Shown: in pieces, positions 9,556 to 18,258 of the stretch
Layout of the letters: each line of letters opens with the position of its first letter
Numbering within the stretch: position 1 is the first letter of the stretch
Assembly (NCBI GenBank): GCA_030153785.1
Contig: JASKLF010000005.1
Coordinates: forward strand, 1-64,000
DNA length: 64,000 nt
Reading direction: 5' to 3'
Source of the DNA: a bacterium
GTDB lineage: Bacteria > Synergistota > GBS-1
Made by a program: the position numbers and the translations under genes
The notes under the pieces: generated by a model
Told to the model about the DNA's origin: nothing
Databases searched by the model: none
The model's input: only the letters and a program-made list of their open reading frames with translations

Positions 9556-9669
9556 TTGAGTAAGTTAGTGGCTCATCTTCCCAAACGTTGGTTGAAGCGG
9601 AACAAGCAATCCAAGAAGCCTAAGCTTCTGGCTTGGGAAGGTGAGTCTGTTGCTTCAGCTTTGGGCTGA
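9556..9669 (+). CDS. Putative Lys-rich leader peptide (MSKLVAHLPKRWLKRNKQSKKPKLLAWEGESVASALG)
   Basis: GGAGG RBS at 9541, TTG start, 7 Lys and 2 Arg in the first 23 codons; overlaps attenuator segments. Confidence 0.65.
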   Translation: MSKLVAHLPKRWLKRNKQSKKPKLLAWEGESVASALG

Positions 9670-9729
9670 GGCATAACCTTAGGGATTATTAAAGCCCCGC
9701 TCACCTTCCCAAGGTGAGCGGGGCTTTTT
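9572..9729 (+). promoter_or_regulatory. Transcription attenuator (alternative 1:2, 2:3 and 3:4 helices)
   Basis: 9572-9584 pairs with 9633-9645; 9632-9645 is the perfect complement of 9700-9713; terminator 9691-9729 has a 17-bp stem plus U run. Confidence 0.8.
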
Positions 9730-9759
9730 ATATTTCCTTGCTTGAGGAGGGTGGTTAGC

Positions 9760-10616
9760 TTGGGGAAGCGCAAGCTTGGTTAGTTTACTCACGATTGAGG
9801 GTTGAGGAGAAGCTCCTGATAGAAGCTTTTGAGAGGGAGGGTATCAAACTGAACCTGCTTCACGAAGATCAAGTTATCCTTCCTCTCTTCGCAGATGGGG
9901 AATTTCCCATCAAGCCGCCGGCGGTGGTTTTGAATCGTGTGATTTCTGCCTCTCATGCCTTTTACATATCTCGGGTCCTTGAAAGTAAGGGTATAAAGGT
10001 AATTAGCTCTTCAAAGGCCATATCCAACTGCCTGGATAAGGCTTTAACGACTCTTCTTTTAGTGGAAAACGACATACCTATTCCTCGCACTTATCTTGCC
10101 TTTTCTCCTGAAAATGCCTTGGAAGCCATTGAAAGAGTTGGCTATCCTGCAGTTGTTAAACCTGTTAATGGTTCTTGGGGAAGGCTTTTGGCAAAGGTTA
10201 ATGATAAGGATGCGGCGGAAGCTGTTTTGGAGCACAAGTATACATTGGGCAATACCTTGCAGAAGATATTTTACATCCAAGAGTATGTGAATAAGCCGGG
10301 TAGGGATATCAGAAGCTTCGTTATAGGTCGTAAGTGCTTAGCGGCCATATACAGAGTATCTCCTCATTGGATAACAAATACGGCAAGGGGGGGAGAGGCG
10401 AAAAATTGTCCTTTAACTCCCGAGATTATTCAGCTTTCCGAAAAAGCTGCATCCGTTGTCGATGGTGAGATTGTAGCTATTGATATATTTGAGACTCCCT
10501 CTGGGGAGCTTTTGGTTAATGAGATAAATCACTCCCCTGAGTTTAGAAATAGCATTGCCCCTACTGGTGTGGACATTCCAGGGGAGATTGCAAGATATGT
10601 TAAAAGCTTTCTTTAA
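9760..10616 (+). CDS. lysX: Alpha-aminoadipate-LysW ligase LysX (ATP-grasp); apparent 1-nt frameshift near 9780
   Basis: [28 protein letters not shown] and [11 protein letters not shown] motifs; the RBS-preceded TTG 9760 is out of frame with [13 protein letters not shown] by one base. Confidence 0.88.
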
Positions 10617-10630
10617 TGGGGGTGAATTAA

Positions 10631-10801
10631 ATGTTAATCAAATCTCGCTGTCCTGAATGTGATGCTATTTTGGAGTTTGAGGATCCTGAGGTGGGAGAGA
10701 TAATAATATGCCCCGATTGTGGGGTTGAACTTGAGGTTGTTAGTTTGAATCCCTTGGAGCTTGAGATTGCTCCCGAGGTTGAAGAGGATTGGGGGGAATA
10801 G
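10631..10801 (+). CDS. lysW: Amino-group carrier protein LysW (56 aa, missed by the ORF track)
   Basis: MLIKSRCPECDA...CPDCGVELEV...EVEEDWGE: two CxxC motifs and the EDWGE C-terminus. Confidence 0.95.
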   Translation: MLIKSRCPECDAILEFEDPEVGEIIICPDCGVELEVVSLNPLELEIAPEVEEDWGE

Positions 10802-10823
10802 CTTTGGGACGGAAGATAAGAAA

Positions 10824-11654
10824 GTGCTCTTAATTTATACGATACTGAGGGATGAAGAGAGGATAATTGATAAGGCCTTAAGTAAAAGGGGGATAAAGGT
10901 GGAGAAGGTTTTGGGGAACAGAACTCTTTGGGAATTGGGAAATGGACTGCCGGAAGCCAGATTGGCTATAAACAGGACATTAAGCGCTTCTCAGGCGGCT
11001 TATATATCTTTCTTGCTTGAAGAGAGAGGGGTTAAGGTTATAAATCCCTTTAGAACGATGACTATATGCAACGATAAGGCTTTAACCACTGACCTTTTGG
11101 CCAAAGAGGGCGTTCCCGTTCCCCGAACCTATTTAGCCTTTACCCCTGAAAGGGCTTTTGAGGCTCTTGAGGAGATTGGATATCCAGCGGTTATAAAACC
11201 TGTTACTGGCTCTTGGGGAAGGCTTGTGGCAAAGGTAAACGATAGAGATGCAGCGGAGGCTGTAATATCCTATCGCTGGAATTTGGGAAGGGTTCAGCAA
11301 AAAGCCTTCTATATTCAGGAGTATGTTAAGAAGCCTGGAAGAGATATAAGGGTGCTTGTTATTGGGGGAAAGGTCAGGTATGCCGTTTATAGAAGCTCTT
11401 CTCATTGGGTAACCAACACCGCAAGGGGAGCAAGGGCCTACCCCTGTCCCGTTACGAAAGAATTGGCCGATATAGCAGAAAGGGTAGCTTCCATCGTTGG
11501 GGGAGACATAATAGCGTTGGACCTTTTCGAGAGCGAAAAGGGGCTTTTGGTTAACGAGGTTAATTCTACTCCCGAATTTGCAAGGTCTTCTCGTGATGTT
11601 GGCATTGATGTGGGTGAACTTATAGCTGACTATATCGAGGAGGTGCTTTCGTGA
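10824..11654 (+). CDS. lysX: Second LysX/ArgX-family LysW ligase (start uncertain)
   Basis: Paralog of the upstream gene: GSWGRLVA, KPGRDIR, WVTNTARG, EVNSTPEFARS. Confidence 0.85.
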   Translation: MLLIYTILRDEERIIDKALSKRGIKVEKVLGNRTLWELGNGLPEARLAINRTLSASQAAYISFLLEERGVKVINPFRTMTICNDKALTTDLLAKEGVPVPRTYLAFTPERAFEALEEIGYPAVIKPVTGSWGRLVAKVNDRDAAEAVISYRWNLGRVQQKAFYIQEYVKKPGRDIRVLVIGGKVRYAVYRSSSHWVTNTARGARAYPCPVTKELADIAERVASIVGGDIIALDLFESEKGLLVNEVNSTPEFARSSRDVGIDVGELIADYIEEVLS

Positions 11655-12679
11655 AAAAGGCTGTTGTCTTTGGTGGTAGAGGCTATACTGGAGGGGAACT
11701 TTTAAGGATTTTATCCCAGCATGAGGGGATAGAAGTTATAGCCGTTGCCTCTCAGGGGGCGGTAGGCGAGCCTATTTGGAGATATCATCCCCATTTAAGG
11801 GGGTTCTTTAAAGGTGGCTTTGTGAGTTACGAAGATGCTTTAAAAGAGGATTTCGATATAGCCTTTGTTGCTCTTTCGCATGGTGAGGGTGCGGAGCTTG
11901 TAAAGGAGATATACGAAAAGGGTAAAAGGGTGGTTGATTTAAGCGCGAACTTTAGGCTTAAAAATCCCGAGGATTATAGAAAGTGGTATTCTTGGGAGCA
12001 TCCCTTTCCGGAGCTCCTTAGCGAATCGGTTTATGGCTTACCTGAGATTCATCGGGAAAAACTACCTGAGGCAAGGCTTATTTCAGGTGTAGGTTGTAAT
12101 GCTACAGCTATAAATTTGGCTTTGCTTCCATTAACGGAGCGGAACTTATTGAATGCCTTTCACGCTGATATAAGGGTAGGGTCCTCTGCGGGCGGAGCTA
12201 AACCCTCAGAGGGAGGACATCATCCGGAGAGGAGCAGGGCTTTAAGGATTTACGCTACCTATGAACACAGGCATCTTGCGGAGGTTATTCAGGAGACAGG
12301 TGTGAACGGGGAGATAAGGATTACGGCTGTCGAGCTTGTGAGGGGAATACAGGCTGTCATCAGATGTGAGCTTAAGGAGTCGTTAAGTGAAAAGGAGATA
12401 TTGAGAATTTATAGAGATAGATACTCTTCTGAGCCTTTCGTTGAGTTATGTCCTTTCAAGCCGGAACACCTTCGCTTTCCCGATCCAAGGTGGGTTACCG
12501 GTAGCAATCTCTGTATGATTGGCGTTAAGCTTCATCCTGATGGAAGAACTTTAACGGTGGTGAGCGCCATTGATAACTTAGTTAAGGGTGCTTCCGGTAG
12601 TGCTGTTCAGGCTGCGAATGTGGCTTTGGGATTGCCAGAAGATATGGGATTAAGGCTAACACCTGTTTATCCCGTTTAG
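11651..12679 (+). CDS. lysY: LysW-aminoadipyl/glutamyl-phosphate reductase (ArgC family)
   Basis: GGRGYTGGEL, VDLSANFR, GCNATA, HPER and DNLVKGASG motifs. Confidence 0.9.
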   Translation: MKKAVVFGGRGYTGGELLRILSQHEGIEVIAVASQGAVGEPIWRYHPHLRGFFKGGFVSYEDALKEDFDIAFVALSHGEGAELVKEIYEKGKRVVDLSANFRLKNPEDYRKWYSWEHPFPELLSESVYGLPEIHREKLPEARLISGVGCNATAINLALLPLTERNLLNAFHADIRVGSSAGGAKPSEGGHHPERSRALRIYATYEHRHLAEVIQETGVNGEIRITAVELVRGIQAVIRCELKESLSEKEILRIYRDRYSSEPFVELCPFKPEHLRFPDPRWVTGSNLCMIGVKLHPDGRTLTVVSAIDNLVKGASGSAVQAANVALGLPEDMGLRLTPVYPV

Positions 12680-12692
12680 GGGGTGAGCTCTC

Positions 12693-13583
12693 TTGATTGT
12701 CGTAAAGATAGGAGGAAGTCTTAACGGTAATTTTAGAAACGTGTGTGCTGATATAAAAAGGCTTTATGATATGGGCAAGAAGGTAGTCGTGGTTCACGGC
12801 GGAGGAGAGGCAACCAATGAGCTCTCAAGGAGACTGGGAATAGAGGTCGAGAAGGTTATCTCTCCCTCCGGCATTGAGAGTAGAAGGACTACAAAAGAGG
12901 TTCTTGAGGTCTTTGTTATGGCGTGTGCTGGAAAGATAAACAGGTTCTTGGTTGCTGAATTGCAAAGCTTGGGGGTTCAGGCAATTGGGCTAAGCGGAGC
13001 TGATGGAAGGGTAGTGGAGGCCGAGAGGAAGGTTATAAAAGCTGTAACCCCCGAAGGTAAGATAAGGCTTATAAGGGACGATTACTCTGGGAAAATAAGA
13101 AGCATAAACGCAACCTTCTTGAATCAGCTTTTGGATATGGGCTTTGTGCCTGTGGTGGCTCCCGTTGCCTTTAGTTCTGAGGGGGAACTGCTTAATGTAG
13201 ATGGGGATACTTTAGCGAGTAAAATAGCTCTTTGTTTAAAGAGTGAAGATCTGATTATTCTTTCTGATGTTCCAGGTCTTTTAAGGGATTTGAGGGATCC
13301 CGAAAGCCTGATAGAAGATGTTTTTCCCGATATGGAGGCAGAAATTTTAAGGGTGGCTAAGGGCAGGATGAAGAAAAAGGTGATGGCGCTGTTTGAAGCC
13401 GTAAGGGGAGGAGTTGAGAGAGGTATTATAGCCTCTGGATACAATGATAGTCCGATAATATCGGCTTTGCAGGGTAAGGGAACCATTTTCAGGGGAAGGA
13501 GTGAATGCAATTTTGAGCCTGATGGAGTTGGAAGAGAGGTATGGAAGTGGCGTATATCCCAAAGTGCCCTTGAGGCTGGTTAA
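12693..13583 (+). CDS. lysZ: LysW-aminoadipate/glutamate kinase (ArgB family)
   Basis: VVKIGGS, VVHGGG, LLNVDGD and GRMKKK motifs. Confidence 0.9.
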   Translation: MIVVKIGGSLNGNFRNVCADIKRLYDMGKKVVVVHGGGEATNELSRRLGIEVEKVISPSGIESRRTTKEVLEVFVMACAGKINRFLVAELQSLGVQAIGLSGADGRVVEAERKVIKAVTPEGKIRLIRDDYSGKIRSINATFLNQLLDMGFVPVVAPVAFSSEGELLNVDGDTLASKIALCLKSEDLIILSDVPGLLRDLRDPESLIEDVFPDMEAEILRVAKGRMKKKVMALFEAVRGGVERGIIASGYNDSPIISALQGKGTIFRGRSECNFEPDGVGREVWKWRISQSALEAG

Positions 13584-14682
13584 AGGAGAGGGAGCAAAGG
13601 TTTGGGATGAGAATGGCCGAGAGTATATAGATTGCGTTGGAGGACATGGAGTTTGTATAGTGGGTCATTCTAACCCTTATATTATCGAGGCCATAGAGGC
13701 GCAGGCTAAGAAGATAATGGTTTGTTCGGAGACCTTTTATCATGAAGAGAGGGCCTTGCTTTATAAAGAGCTTCTTGAGGTTATGCCCCATTATATGGGT
13801 AGCGTGTTTTTGTGTAATAGCGGAGCTGAGGCGGTAGAAGCGGCTATAAAGTTTGCGAGGATATTAACGGGTAGAAAAAAGATAGTGGCTTTAAAGAGGG
13901 GCTTTCACGGCAGGACCTTTGGCGCCTTAAGCGCCACATGGAATCCCAAATATAGGGAACCCTTCGAGCCGCTGGTCCCGGGATTTGTGCATGTGGACCC
14001 TGAAAATAAGGAAGAGCTTGAGAGCGTTATAGACGAAGATACGGCTGCGTTTATATTTGAACCTGTTCAGGGAGAGGGAGGAGTTTACCCCTTGAGTGGG
14101 GAGTATTTGAAGTTTGCTCAAGAAGTTTGTAAGAGCAAGGGGGCTTTATTTATATCCGATGAGATACAGACTGGTTTTTGTAGAACGGGAAGGTTTTTTG
14201 CCTTCCAAAGGTATGAGCTTTCTCCCGATATAGTTTGCTTGGCGAAGGGGATGGCTGGGGGACTTCCAATAGGTGCTGTTGTCTTAAGGGATTCTTTGGG
14301 TAAGATTCCTTCAAGAACTCATGGTTCCACATTTGGTGGAAATCCTCTTTCTTGTGCTGCTGCAAGGGCGGCTGTAAGATTTATGAGAGAGAATGCCCTC
14401 GATAAGAGGGCTGAAGAGTTGGGCAAGCTCTTCTTGGAGGGCTTAAAAAGTATAAACTCCTCCCTTGTCAGGGATGTAAGAGGTTTAGGTTTAATGATTG
14501 GTGTGGAGCTCAAAAAGAGAAGCGCTCCATACCTTAAGGCTCTGGCTGATGAAGGAGTTTTGGCTCTTCAGGCGGGGCCAACCGTGATGAGGTTTTTACC
14601 CCCTCTTGTGATTAATGAGGATGAAATAAAATTTGTTGTGGATAAAGTTGGGAGGGTGCTTTCGGGTAATGGATCCAATTGA
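13501..14682 (+). CDS. lysJ: LysW-semialdehyde aminotransferase (class III PLP)
   Basis: NSGAEAVE, FHGRT, EPVQGEGG, DEIQTG, LAKG and STFGGNP motifs. Confidence 0.9.
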   Translation: MNAILSLMELEERYGSGVYPKVPLRLVKGEGAKVWDENGREYIDCVGGHGVCIVGHSNPYIIEAIEAQAKKIMVCSETFYHEERALLYKELLEVMPHYMGSVFLCNSGAEAVEAAIKFARILTGRKKIVALKRGFHGRTFGALSATWNPKYREPFEPLVPGFVHVDPENKEELESVIDEDTAAFIFEPVQGEGGVYPLSGEYLKFAQEVCKSKGALFISDEIQTGFCRTGRFFAFQRYELSPDIVCLAKGMAGGLPIGAVVLRDSLGKIPSRTHGSTFGGNPLSCAAARAAVRFMRENALDKRAEELGKLFLEGLKSINSSLVRDVRGLGLMIGVELKKRSAPYLKALADEGVLALQAGPTVMRFLPPLVINEDEIKFVVDKVGRVLSGNGSN

Positions 14683-15706
14683 GCTTCTTTATGGTATGGT
14701 TAGGATAAAGAGCTTTGCTGGAGAGGAAGAGGAGATAGGAAGGTTTCTGCTTGAGGTTTCTGGGAAGCTTAACTTTGACGATGCCTATTTAGATGAGGTT
14801 GGCAATTTTGTCGCTGTTAGAGGTAAAGGTGATACCGAGGTCTATCTTGTAGGGCATATGGATACCGCTCCCGGATGGATAGAGCCTCGTATCGAAGGAA
14901 ATATACTCTTTGGTAGGGGAAGTGTGGATGCGAAGGGACCCTTGGCTACCTTCATTATCGCTGCGTCCGAGGTTTCTCTTCCAGAGGATTTAAAGCTTGT
15001 GGTTGTGGGAGCTGTTGAGGAAGAGGGGCTTTCAACGGGTGCTTTACACCTTTTAAACAAGGTTTCTAAGCCACCCGCCTATCTTATAATAGGGGAGCCA
15101 AGCGGTGTTGATGGGGTTACTTTGGGATATAAAGGTTCTCTCTTCATCAAGAAGAGTTTCGTGTCCGATGTATCCCATCCCGCTTCGGGAAATGAGGGAG
15201 CTATAGAAGAGGGCTTAAAGAGCCTTCAAGAGATAAGTAAGATTTTGGAGAAATTAAATGAGGGAAAAGATAGTCCCATAGATAGGGTTGATATGAAGGT
15301 AAGGGAAATAGTTTCTACGAGCGATGGATTAACCGAGAGGCTTCATCTCGGAGTATCTTTTAGGCTACCTTTATGGATTGATCCCGATGAGCTTCTTAAT
15401 ATTTTAGGAGATGGCTGGAAGCCTCACTTTAAAGCGAAGGCATACAGGTGCGAAAGAAATAACCCGTTGGTTTCGGCCTTTAACAGGGCTATAAGGAGCA
15501 AAGGCCTTAAGCCGAAACATAAAATGAAAAGTGGAACTGCAGATATGAACTTATTGGCTCCCGTTTGGGGTTGTCCATCGGTGGCTTATGGTCCGGGTGA
15601 CAGTTCCCTTGACCATACCCCAAGGGAGCATATAAATATAAAGGAGTATCTCCTCTCTATCGAGATATTAAAAGAGGTTTTGCGCTCCATTCCTCCCACC
15701 CTATAG
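14669..15706 (+). CDS. lysK: LysW-lysine/ornithine hydrolase (M20)
   Basis: GHMDT, GRGSVDAKG, VEEE, GTADMN and YGPGDSSLDHTP motifs. Confidence 0.9.
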   Translation: MDPIELLYGMVRIKSFAGEEEEIGRFLLEVSGKLNFDDAYLDEVGNFVAVRGKGDTEVYLVGHMDTAPGWIEPRIEGNILFGRGSVDAKGPLATFIIAASEVSLPEDLKLVVVGAVEEEGLSTGALHLLNKVSKPPAYLIIGEPSGVDGVTLGYKGSLFIKKSFVSDVSHPASGNEGAIEEGLKSLQEISKILEKLNEGKDSPIDRVDMKVREIVSTSDGLTERLHLGVSFRLPLWIDPDELLNILGDGWKPHFKAKAYRCERNNPLVSAFNRAIRSKGLKPKHKMKSGTADMNLLAPVWGCPSVAYGPGDSSLDHTPREHINIKEYLLSIEILKEVLRSIPPTL

Positions 15707-15711
15707 ATAGA

Positions 15712-15743
15712 TGGGGTAGGGGATGCTCCCGTCCCCTGCCCCA
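15712..15743 (+). terminator. Hairpin after lysK, probable terminator
   Basis: TGGGGTAGGGGA...TCCCCTGCCCCA inverted repeat. Confidence 0.5.
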
Positions 15744-15775
15744 AAATCTTTTATTATGTTAAAATTATTATTGTC

Positions 15776-16855
15776 ATGTATAGGGTGTTTCAGGTGGTTG
15801 AATCCTTCGGTGGTGGAGTCTTCCAGTCGGTAAGACAGATATGCAATAACCTTCCGCGCGATCTTTTCGATGTTTACCTCATTTACTCTTTAAGGAAGGA
15901 AACGCCTCTTAACTGGGAAAGCCTAATCAAGGAAGATGTGAAAAAGATATATCTCCCCATGGTGAGGGAGATATCTCCATTTAAGGATTTGCGCTCCCTC
16001 TTCGGTTTAATAGGACTCATAAGGAAATACGATCCCCATATAATACACCTTCATTCTTCGAAGGCTGGCTTTTTGGGCAGGGCTTCTGCCTTTATATTGG
16101 GCAAGAGGGCGGTCTTTTACTCTCCGAGGGGGTTTTCCTTTCTTATGAAGGATACCCCATATTGGAAGAGGAGTTTGTTTTTTTACCTTGAAAAAATAGC
16201 CTCCCTCTTCGGAGGGGTAATTCTTGCCTGCTCTTATGGTGAACTTTCTGAGGCTAAAAGGCTTACCTCGAGGGTGGAGCTTTTAAATAACGCCGTTGAC
16301 CTTAAGGAGATAGATGATATTCCATCTTACGACTTTAAGGATGGCAAAGTTAGAATAGCCATCGTTGGGCGAGTAACTTATGCGAGGGCTCCTTGGCTCT
16401 TTAAAAGCATAGCGTTAAAGCTTTCTTCTCCTTCCGTTGAGTTCTTATGGATAGGCGGGGGAGAGCTTCAGGAAGAGCTCAAAGGCTCCCCTATCAGAGT
16501 TTTAGGTTGGCTTGGTAGAAAGGAGGCAATATCCTATCTTAAAGGTATAGATATATACCTTCAGACTTCTTTATGGGAGGGGATGCCCATAGCTGTTCTT
16601 GAGGCCATGGCCTGCGGAAAGCCTGTTGTCGCAACCGATGTGGTGGGTAATAGGGACCTTGTCCTTCATGGTGAAACTGGGTTTATCGGAAGAGACGAAG
16701 GCGAGCTTATCTATTTTCTCAAAAGGCTTATAGAGGATAGAGACTTAAGGCTGAAAATGGGAAGCGCGGGCAGAAGAAGGGTTGAGAAGGAGTTTTCCAT
16801 TGATGTTTTGATAAAGAGGCTTGTTTCCCTTTACTTAAAGGGGGTGGCTTTGTGA
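15776..16855 (+). CDS. Glycosyltransferase family 4
   Basis: HLHSSKAG and SLWEGMPIAVLEAMACGKPVVATDV motifs. Confidence 0.9.
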   Translation: MYRVFQVVESFGGGVFQSVRQICNNLPRDLFDVYLIYSLRKETPLNWESLIKEDVKKIYLPMVREISPFKDLRSLFGLIGLIRKYDPHIIHLHSSKAGFLGRASAFILGKRAVFYSPRGFSFLMKDTPYWKRSLFFYLEKIASLFGGVILACSYGELSEAKRLTSRVELLNNAVDLKEIDDIPSYDFKDGKVRIAIVGRVTYARAPWLFKSIALKLSSPSVEFLWIGGGELQEELKGSPIRVLGWLGRKEAISYLKGIDIYLQTSLWEGMPIAVLEAMACGKPVVATDVVGNRDLVLHGETGFIGRDEGELIYFLKRLIEDRDLRLKMGSAGRRRVEKEFSIDVLIKRLVSLYLKGVAL

Positions 16856-18258
16856 AAAGGATTTTTCCCTTTTTACTTTTAGCCGGGGACATCTTTGCCA
16901 TCTTTTTATCTTTTGCTTTAGCTTACTTTTTAAGACACGATGTTTTGAAAAGCTTCTTTGTTCTTAAAGCCGTATCCTGGAGTATGTATCTTGAAATAAT
17001 TCCCTTCGTCGCTTTAATTTGGATTTTGGCCTTAGCTTGGGAAGGGCTTTATATAGAAACTTTCTTGGACCCCTTGGATGAGCTTTTTTACATAGGTAAG
17101 GCTACCCTTATAACTGCTCTTTTATTCCTTTCCTTTAGCTTTATTTACAGGCTTCTTGAATTTTCAAGGGCTGTCATGCTTCTTTCTTTTCTGGTTTCCT
17201 TGCCCTTGCTTTTCTACATAAGATATCTTATAAGGTATCTTTCCTGGAGGTTGGGACTTTTTAGAAGGAGAACGCTTATTCTTGGAGCGGGAGAGATGGG
17301 AAGATTGATTTTATCTAAGCTTAGGAAGTATCCCCTTTGGGGTTATGAACCTATTGGATTTCTTGATAGCGAGCTTTCAGGTTCCCTTGTGGAGGGAGTT
17401 CCCGTTATAGGAGGTTTAGATGATGTGGAAAGGGTTGTTAGGGAGAGGGATGTCGATATGATAATCATTGCCTTGCCCTCTCTTTCCAGAAATGGGCTTG
17501 CTTCCTTAGCCTTAAGGTGTGAGCGCCTTGGTGTGCCGGTTAAGCTTATTCCCGATCTTTATGGGCTATCTTCGGCTTCCGCTCGGTTGGAGGAAGTAGA
17601 GGGATTGTTTTTAATAGAAGTAAAAAGAAATCTTATAAAAGGCTGGAATGCCATCATTAAAAGACTTTTTGACCTTCTTATTTCCGTTCCTGCCTTGGTG
17701 GTTTTATCTCCCTTGTTTTTGCTTATAGCCATACTAATCAAGCTTGATTCTCCAGGTCCCGTTTTATATGTGGCTTCAAGGTTAGGGAAGGGCGGGACCA
17801 CTTTCCCCTGTTATAAGTTTAGAAGTATGTATTTGAATGCTGATGAGATTCTCGAAAGGTATCTTGAGGAGAATCCGGAGGCAAGGGAAGAATGGGAAAA
17901 ATTTGCTAAGCTGAGAGGGCACGACCCAAGGTTGACGAGGGTAGGGAGGTTTTTAAGAAAATGGAGTTTAGATGAGCTTCCCCAGCTTTGGAACGTTTTA
18001 AGGGGAGAAATGAGCATTGTTGGGCCAAGACCTTATCTTCCACGGGAGAAGGAAAAAATAGGGGAATATTTCGATGTCATACTTGAAGTTAAGCCGGGGA
18101 TCACCGGGCTTTGGCAGATAAGCGGGCGTAACCTCACCACCTTTGAGGAGAGGTTACGCCTGGACGCTTATTATATACAGAACTGGTCTTTATGGCTTGA
18201 TATCAAGATAATGATCAGGACCTTTTTTGTTGTTCTTCTTGGAAAGGGAGCTTACTAA
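16852..18258 (+). CDS. wbaP: Undecaprenyl-phosphate sugar-1-phosphate transferase (WbaP/WcaJ family)
   Basis: N-terminal TM helices; KFRSM, DPRLT and SLDELPQLWNVL-GEMSIVGPRP motifs. Confidence 0.85.
   Translation: MKRIFPFLLLAGDIFAIFLSFALAYFLRHDVLKSFFVLKAVSWSMYLEIIPFVALIWILALAWEGLYIETFLDPLDELFYIGKATLITALLFLSFSFIYRLLEFSRAVMLLSFLVSLPLLFYIRYLIRYLSWRLGLFRRRTLILGAGEMGRLILSKLRKYPLWGYEPIGFLDSELSGSLVEGVPVIGGLDDVERVVRERDVDMIIIALPSLSRNGLASLALRCERLGVPVKLIPDLYGLSSASARLEEVEGLFLIEVKRNLIKGWNAIIKRLFDLLISVPALVVLSPLFLLIAILIKLDSPGPVLYVASRLGKGGTTFPCYKFRSMYLNADEILERYLEENPEAREEWEKFAKLRGHDPRLTRVGRFLRKWSLDELPQLWNVLRGEMSIVGPRPYLPREKEKIGEYFDVILEVKPGITGLWQISGRNLTTFEERLRLDAYYIQNWSLWLDIKIMIRTFFVVLLGKGAY

Noticed and set aside
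9573..9773. 66-aa minus-strand ORF
   Set aside because: Antisense to the attenuator, with no recognisable motif or RBS
10761..10823. Track start for the second lysX
   Set aside because: Overlaps the lysW C-terminus; family similarity begins near 10824
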